Origin: a virus
IMG/VR virus record: IMGVR_UViG_3300002520_000085
Location: 1 to 64,000 of that record
Length of the DNA stretch: 64,000 nt
Reading direction: 5' to 3' (one strand)
Part shown: piece after piece, positions 58,217 through 64,000 of the stretch
Position numbering within the stretch: the stretch's first letter is position 1
Layout: every line of letters starts with the position of its first letter
Notes under the pieces: model-generated
What the model saw: only the letters and a program-made list of their open reading frames with translations
Told to the model about the DNA's origin: nothing
Database searches by the model: none
Program-made: the position numbers and the translations under genes

Positions 58217-58331
58217 ATTTATATAATTAAGCATAAAAACAATGTATTTTTATTTATACAAATATATATAAAATATTGGTAAATAGCATATTTATATAAA
58301 ATTAGATATAATGAATTTAATAATGTTCATT

Positions 58332-58345
58332 TCCCTCCAACTCCA
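58332..58345. repeat. 14-bp duplicate of the tmRNA 3' end (CCCTCCAACTCCAC), candidate attR core
   Basis: Identical to tmRNA 39156-39169; ~110 bp outside the right 24-bp repeat. Confidence 0.5.
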
Positions 58346-58528
58346 CTTTTCAAACTAAAGAGAATTTGTAAATTATTGAATTTTAAATAATTACATTTTC
58401 TCTTTTTTGCTTTTGTACCCAAAATTGTACCCGAGTTTTTGAAATGTACTTTTTTAAATCTGTTTGAATTTAATTAAACTTATTTGAATTTTGAGAATAC
58501 AATAAGTTATTGTAATAGTACAAATATA

Positions 58529-59053
58529 CTACGATTTAAAGTAATGTCCGTTACATTCAAAATAATCAAACATTATACTCCTTGCCGTAGTTTCCCAATC
58601 TATCACTACCCAATTAGGAATATTAAAAGTATCATCTTCATATAGCCATTGTACAAAATCTTCATCACTTCCAAACTCGCCGTAATAGAAATTATTTACA
58701 TACTCATAAAGGCTTTGAAACTCCATTTTACCTAAGCAATCTAAACACGCTTCGTAAACCTCTACTTCATGTCCTGAATCACTGATTTGTTCCAGAACAT
58801 CGTATATATCTTTTGATATATGGCACTCGCTCAATAGTCCTAGTTTTTCCAGAATCGGACATTCATAGTCCTGAAACATAAATTCGGGGTCTTGTTCATC
58901 AGAATGCAATTCATACATTGCGGTAATTAGTTCGTCATAGCTTCCATAGTCGCTAAGATTAAGCCATTTCCCAAATAATGAGCCGTTGTTGTACTTCCTG
59001 TACGTTCCTACATAGATACTAGCAGTATCAAGACAATTTTGTAAATTTGCCAT
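58529..59053 (-). CDS. ardA: ArdA-family anti-restriction protein (DNA mimic, anti-Type I R-M)
   Basis: IYVGTYRKYNNGSLFGKWLNLSDYGSYDEL N-terminal signature; strongly acidic; 174 aa. Confidence 0.7.
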   Translation of the reverse strand: MANLQNCLDTASIYVGTYRKYNNGSLFGKWLNLSDYGSYDELITAMYELHSDEQDPEFMFQDYECPILEKLGLLSECHISKDIYDVLEQISDSGHEVEVYEACLDCLGKMEFQSLYEYVNNFYYGEFGSDEDFVQWLYEDDTFNIPNWVVIDWETTARSIMFDYFECNGHYFKS

Positions 59054-60106
59054 GTTAATAAGTTTTAGATGTATTAAAATTTATTGATGTTGCCTAGCAA
59101 GTACGCCAATACTTCTAGGCATTTTTGTTTTTATATCGAACCTTGTACACAAAGAAACAAGGCTTGCTTTTAGTAGTAAAGTACAGAATAAAGATACGTA
59201 AAAAACACGATAACCACCAGTTTTTCAGGCACTTTTTAACCAAAATATTAACACTTTGCAAGACTGGTTAAAAACTTTTTAACCACTCCAAGTGCATAGA
59301 AACAAAAACAGTTATCAAAAAATAACATTATGCAGATAGGGGGCTAATAGAAAAAAGATCTTTAACCCCACATTAAACAGGATTAGTACCTTCTGATTAG
59401 ATGCCTGTAAATAAATTTCAGAATTTGACCAAGGAATTGTGTATTATCCGATCTTATTTTTTTGATACGGCTGGACGGGGGTACTTTTATATGCTACGCT
59501 TTGACGGGATGGGGTAAATGGGAGTATATGTATTGCTCATTCAGTCTGGCAATTCTCTAACTACAAATCCTGAACATCTAAAACACCTAACGGGTTCACC
59601 TCAAAGAATCCCAAAATATTAGTATTAGTAGGTATTAGAATGTTTAAGTATAGTATAAATGTTATTATATAAGTATGATGATGCAGAATTTATTAAGCTA
59701 TAGTATTACAGTTAATTACGAGGATTTGGGGTTAATCAACAGATAATATATTGACAAAACTAAAGTTGTTGAGAAACTAGTTTTTTTATGCCCCGACCAA
59801 CATTAAAGATCGCTTACCACACCTAATCACAACTTACTACAAGTATTTGAAAAAATTCTTATCTTAGTCGCTCAAATTTTATCGAAAAAAAAATAAAGCG
59901 TTAGCTTTTATTCTGTTATAGGGAATCTGGTAAATTCAAAATGTAACACGGAATAAACAGTTGATGCTCACGTCATATGGCGTGGGCTATTCTTGTTTGT
60001 GTTACAGGCTTACCAGAGCCCCCTATTACAGATTGAGTTTAGTCCCACGCTTTCTGTTTTATTAAACCTTCACTTTGGGACTGGGTGATAAATAATAAAT
60101 CACTTT

Positions 60107-60619
60107 ATGAAAAAGATCTTTATTTCCGTATGTCTGCTAATCGGAATTTCTTGTTTTTCTCAAACTGCAACCAAAAAGTACAATCCATTCTACAACCGAT
60201 ATGATTACTTTGATTCGGGAGGTAATATGATAGGCTATGAAAAGTACAATAACTTATCAAAACAATGGGAATATTACACAACAGGTACTACTTCACAACC
60301 TAAACAGCCGACGCAATATCGTGATCCACAACAATTAAATATTTCAGGTCTAGGAAATGCTACAAGTATTTTACAGAATAGATATAACAGTAACGTGCAG
60401 CAAGTTCAAAACACAGTAAATTCTATAACCGATCAAATCAATAATTTGGAAGTAACTGATGAACAAAGATTACTTATTTCAGATACTTTTCAAAAAAAAT
60501 GTGTTGATGAAATAAATCGAACAAGAATTAATTATTCATCAGCAAATGAAACGAACCGTATTATAAAGTGGTTGTATGATTCTGTGAATACGATAATTAA
60601 AAATGTCACAGCAAATTAA
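60107..60619 (+). CDS. secreted/lipoprotein-like protein (170 aa)
   Basis: MKKIFISVCLLIGISCFSQ signal; Q/N-rich. Confidence 0.5.
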   Translation: MKKIFISVCLLIGISCFSQTATKKYNPFYNRYDYFDSGGNMIGYEKYNNLSKQWEYYTTGTTSQPKQPTQYRDPQQLNISGLGNATSILQNRYNSNVQQVQNTVNSITDQINNLEVTDEQRLLISDTFQKKCVDEINRTRINYSSANETNRIIKWLYDSVNTIIKNVTAN

Positions 60620-60625
60620 ATTAGC

Positions 60626-61513
60626 ATGAGTAAAAAGATCTTGAATATCGACCATAATTTCGTAGATACTTTAATGCTTGGATTTGTGTTTGCATTTCTC
60701 ACAGTTTTTGCAGTTGCACACTTTAGCACTTACTCATACATTCCTAACTTAGGTAAGCCTATTATTGGTTACGGAGGTCAGGTAATTGTACCTGATTCAT
60801 TTGAGACCAGCATAACTCCCATAGGCGCATTATATCAAACTACGCCATTCGGAACAAAAATAAATCTACCTACAAATGGAATGATGTGCAGTGAACTGAT
60901 TTTTAAGGATTCGGACTTCAAAAAATATCCTAATCAGGTTGTGCTGTACTTCAAAGCTATATTTAGCGATTACAAATATTTACTGTCCTTTTGGTTGGCA
61001 TATACCTTAATTATTCTGTTTTTCAAAAGATACCGATTAAAGGTTTTGATTTTAATACTCCCAATCACAATAACAAACTGTGATAATAAGATCGTGCAGG
61101 AAAAGGTTCCAACAACGGCAGTAGCCGATACAGCCATTCAAACTACTCAGTCGACAACTAACTTATCTCGGCATAAAATAGAGCCTGTAAAGCATTCTTT
61201 TGTGGTTTTTAAAGTAAGAGATAAATTTTTCGATCATAAAGAATCTCTAATGGTTACAGGGATATTTAATACTCCTTTACTTATCACAAAAGACGAAGAA
61301 TATATGATACTGGATAATGTACAAGAACAATGTAAATTAAATTTATTTGACCAGGAAATTATTGAACGATTTATGATGAGATTTAATAGTTATACAGAAG
61401 CAAGTCGCGAAAAAGAAAAGATATTAAGAATAAACAATTCTTCACTAAACAATTCATATCCTAAAGAATATGACTTTGAGTTAATAGATTCCGCTAGACT
61501 TAGTCAGCCTTGA
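60626..61513 (+). CDS. membrane protein (295 aa, at least 2 TM)
   Basis: Hydrophobic LMLGFVFAFLTVFAVAHF and LLSFWLAYTLIILFF. Confidence 0.5.
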   Translation: MSKKILNIDHNFVDTLMLGFVFAFLTVFAVAHFSTYSYIPNLGKPIIGYGGQVIVPDSFETSITPIGALYQTTPFGTKINLPTNGMMCSELIFKDSDFKKYPNQVVLYFKAIFSDYKYLLSFWLAYTLIILFFKRYRLKVLILILPITITNCDNKIVQEKVPTTAVADTAIQTTQSTTNLSRHKIEPVKHSFVVFKVRDKFFDHKESLMVTGIFNTPLLITKDEEYMILDNVQEQCKLNLFDQEIIERFMMRFNSYTEASREKEKILRINNSSLNNSYPKEYDFELIDSARLSQP

Positions 61514-61718
61514 CAAAATTTAAATTCTAAAATATTCTAATTAATTAGGAAATCAAAAAAAACACGTCAAGTTTTGACGTGTTTTAAATTTAACTTGCAA
61601 ACAAATATATGACCTATGTATGAAATTCAAAAGACTTATTTGTTGTAATGCATAAACGTTCTTATACAAAAATAAAAGTCAAAAAAAATGTTGTAGAAGA
61701 ATTTACAATTCCATATTT

Positions 61719-63230
61719 TTGGACAAAATAGTCCAAACAAAAAAGCATACAAATATGGAAGTTACATTTGGAGAATACATAAAGCAAAAAAGAAATGAAT
61801 TAGGTTTCCCACTTCGCAAGGTTGCTTCGCATATCGATATTGACCCTTCAACACTAGGAAAAATTGAAAAAGATGAGCGTCAATTAAATATTGAACAATT
61901 TGACAATTTGAGTCAAATTTTGCAAACTGACAAAAACACCCTATTAAATTACCATTATTCAACAAGAATTTTCGACGATTTGAAATACTATCCAAAATAT
62001 CAAGAGGTTTTGAATATTGTCAATGACCAGTTGACACAACATTTAACTAAGCAAACATCAATAAGATTTGATGACGATTGGAGAGAAAAAGAATTTTCAA
62101 ACCCAAATGCAACCATTAGAATTGGGACAATGTTCTCAGGAATTGGAGCGATTGAATATGCTTTAAAACGATTGAATTTGAAATCAAAAATTCAATTTGC
62201 CAGTGACATTGATACTTTTGCTAAACAAAGTTATTTTGCAAATTATGAAATTGATGAAAGTAATTGGTATAATGATGTTCGAGATATTGATGGTAAGAAA
62301 TACAAAGGAAAACTTGATTTACTTGTTGGTGGAAGTCCCTGCCAGTCTTTTTCAATGGTTGGTAAACGCAGAGGTTTTGATGACACAAGAGGAACTTTAT
62401 TCTATGAATTTGCAAGAGTTGTAAAAGAAAGTCAACCTAATGTTTTTATTTTTGAAAATGTAAAAGGTCTGATAAGCCATGACAGTGGAAATACTTTTGA
62501 AATAATTAAAGCAACATTCGATGAACTTGGTTACAAATACTTTTACCAAGTTTTAAATGCCAAAAATTATGGAATGCCCCAGCATAGGGAAAGAATTTTT
62601 GTGATAGGCTTCAAGAATAAAAAAACAGAATTTGCTTTTCCAGAACCAATTGAGTTAGAATATAAAATGCAGGATTTTTTAGAAGATTTTACAGACAGTA
62701 AATATTATCTAAAAGAGAAAGGAGTGAAATTCGTCACTAGTTCTAAAAATAGAAATAAGAGATATACTCAAATAAATGGAGAAATTGCACTTTGCCAAAA
62801 AGCTAACCAACAGTTTAACTGGCACGGTGATTTTGTTTTTGAACAAGGAGAAAGCGAATTTGATGAATTTATTTTTGATGTAAATGATGTTGAAGAAAAA
62901 TATTATCTTTCCGATAAAGTGCGCGATTATGTTTTAAGCAGCGGAACAAAAACTTTCAAAACATCAATAAAAACAGACCTTGAAGTTGCAAGACCACTTT
63001 TACAGAGCATGCATAAAATGCATAGAGCTGGAGTAGATAATTATGTAACACACAAAGGAAAGATCAGGAAACTGACACCTAAAGAATGTCTCCGTCTAAT
63101 GGGATTCAGAGACGATTTCATACAGGTTGTAAGTGATACCCAAATGTACAGGCAGGCTGGAAACAGTATAGTTGTAGACGTACTCATTGCTTTACTTAAA
63201 CAAATGGATATTACCAAATACGTAGGATAA
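61719..63230 (+). CDS. C-5 cytosine DNA methyltransferase with N-terminal XRE-type HTH domain
   Basis: HTH: IKQKRNELGFPLRKVASHIDIDPSTLGKIEKDE. m5C motifs I FSGIGA, IV GGSPCQSFS, VI ENVKGL, VIII QHRERIF, X AGNSIVV. Confidence 0.85.
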   Translation: MDKIVQTKKHTNMEVTFGEYIKQKRNELGFPLRKVASHIDIDPSTLGKIEKDERQLNIEQFDNLSQILQTDKNTLLNYHYSTRIFDDLKYYPKYQEVLNIVNDQLTQHLTKQTSIRFDDDWREKEFSNPNATIRIGTMFSGIGAIEYALKRLNLKSKIQFASDIDTFAKQSYFANYEIDESNWYNDVRDIDGKKYKGKLDLLVGGSPCQSFSMVGKRRGFDDTRGTLFYEFARVVKESQPNVFIFENVKGLISHDSGNTFEIIKATFDELGYKYFYQVLNAKNYGMPQHRERIFVIGFKNKKTEFAFPEPIELEYKMQDFLEDFTDSKYYLKEKGVKFVTSSKNRNKRYTQINGEIALCQKANQQFNWHGDFVFEQGESEFDEFIFDVNDVEEKYYLSDKVRDYVLSSGTKTFKTSIKTDLEVARPLLQSMHKMHRAGVDNYVTHKGKIRKLTPKECLRLMGFRDDFIQVVSDTQMYRQAGNSIVVDVLIALLKQMDITKYVG

Positions 63231-64000
63231 TGAACCAAATTGAAATATTAGAACAAGACTATGAAATTTTAGGTACGTTAAAGAATATAAACATTGCTGA
63301 TTCTTTTGTAAGTCCCTTGAACAAAATCGGGGATGGTAATGGAGAAGCAAAACTATACATAGGGCAAGCTGGAAAAAAAATTACAGATTTTTTTGGAGAA
63401 AGAGGATTTGAGTCTAATTGTTTTTTATTGAAAGAAGACTTAATCCAATATTTGGATGAAATAAGAAAAGAACATCTAGCTCCGACACAGGATTATAGAG
63501 AAAAAGACCAGTTTGACAGACTATGGGAAACTAAGCTCGAAAAAGTTCTTTGTTTAGATGAGTTGGTAGAATTTAAAATTAAAGATCAAAATAACTTACA
63601 AGGCCAACGAGTATATATAAACTCCAATGCCGAAGGATATAAATTAATTCGTGATATTTCTCTTCCAGTCATTTCACATCTTGAAATAACCAAAGTTAGA
63701 AATGTTGAAGATAACATAATAAAATATTACTTCTACTTATTTTCAGACTATGTAAATGAGATAATTGAAGAGGAAGATGCTAAACTAGAAGATTCTGAAT
63801 TTGAACCATTTAATCCAGAGCTGATATCTATTGACACAAAAAAAATAACAATGGATACACTTTTACGAAGATTAAAACAAGGTACAATAAATCTTAACCC
63901 TGATTTTCAAAGAAATTCCGTTTGGACAATGGATAAAAAATGTCAACTCATTGAATCTCTAATGCTAAAAATTCCACTTCCTATGTTTTATGTTTCAGCA
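63230..64000 (+). CDS. DUF262 (GmrSD-N / ParB-like nuclease domain) protein, 5' partial, continues past the window end
   Basis: Start ATG overlaps the MTase stop (taATG). C-terminal visible part LNPDFQRNSVWTMDKKCQLIESLMLKIPLPMFYV matches the DUF262 N-terminal motif region. Confidence 0.5.
   Translation, partial: MNQIEILEQDYEILGTLKNINIADSFVSPLNKIGDGNGEAKLYIGQAGKKITDFFGERGFESNCFLLKEDLIQYLDEIRKEHLAPTQDYREKDQFDRLWETKLEKVLCLDELVEFKIKDQNNLQGQRVYINSNAEGYKLIRDISLPVISHLEITKVRNVEDNIIKYYFYLFSDYVNEIIEEEDAKLEDSEFEPFNPELISIDTKKITMDTLLRRLKQGTINLNPDFQRNSVWTMDKKCQLIESLMLKIPLPMFYVSA

Noticed and set aside
59054-60106. Possible retron or group II intron in the 1-kb non-coding region
   Set aside because: No reverse transcriptase or maturase ORF nearby. 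Retained only as a structured regulatory or leading-region candidate.

Overview
AT-rich (~33% GC) Bacteroidetes/Flavobacteriia-like chromosomal segment with two mobile elements inserted at classical hotspots on either side of a conserved housekeeping core. (1) ~1-36.3 kb: a tailed prophage, all genes on the + strand. Left end: a frameshifted XerC/D-like integrase, a P4/D5-type primase-helicase, a TGTAGAAA iteron array (putative ori) and a block of small early genes. Then an S49 head protease, putative capsid, TerS/TerL, putative portal, a 984-aa tail fibre carrying an SGNH-esterase domain, a lysis cassette (holin, unimolecular-spanin-like lipoprotein, amidase endolysin) and a set of self-contained moron cassettes. 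Two morons share a duplicated terminator+promoter block; one encodes a membrane-anchored HIRAN-domain protein. Then the tape measure protein (1151 aa), tail proteins and a second, Bacteroidetes-type integrase on the - strand next to a tRNA cluster. (2) 36.4-37.06 kb: tRNA cluster on the - strand in the order Thr(TGT)-[Tyr fragment]-Gly(TCC)-Thr(GGT). The Gly+Tyr-fragment+Thr(TGT) block is tandemly duplicated (317-bp period). (3) Housekeeping core: hpf, xer recombinase, rpsU, and tmRNA (ssrA) with tag ...GNEEFALAA. (4) ~39.2-58.35 kb: an integrative mobilisable element inserted just after tmRNA. It carries a tyrosine integrase, excisionase, MobV relaxase with oriT-like repeats, TCATCAAA iterons and a degraded toprim gene. 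Its cargo is one ~12.7-kb polycistron: half-hsdS, hsdM, then [cGAS/OAS-like nucleotidyltransferase + 144-aa protein + calcineurin-like phosphoesterase], [AbiEi-like + AbiEii/MenT-like NTase], full hsdS, [HNH-nuclease fusion at the PrrC position], hsdR, DUF45/M48 peptidase. This is a Type I R-M system with three accessory defence-like modules nested inside it and is the most likely novel system in the window. (5) Right flank: ardA anti-restriction gene downstream of a ~1-kb structured non-coding region, two envelope proteins, an HTH-fused m5C DNA methyltransferase and an overlapping DUF262 (GmrSD-N-like) gene truncated by the window end. No CRISPR array and no rRNA were seen.
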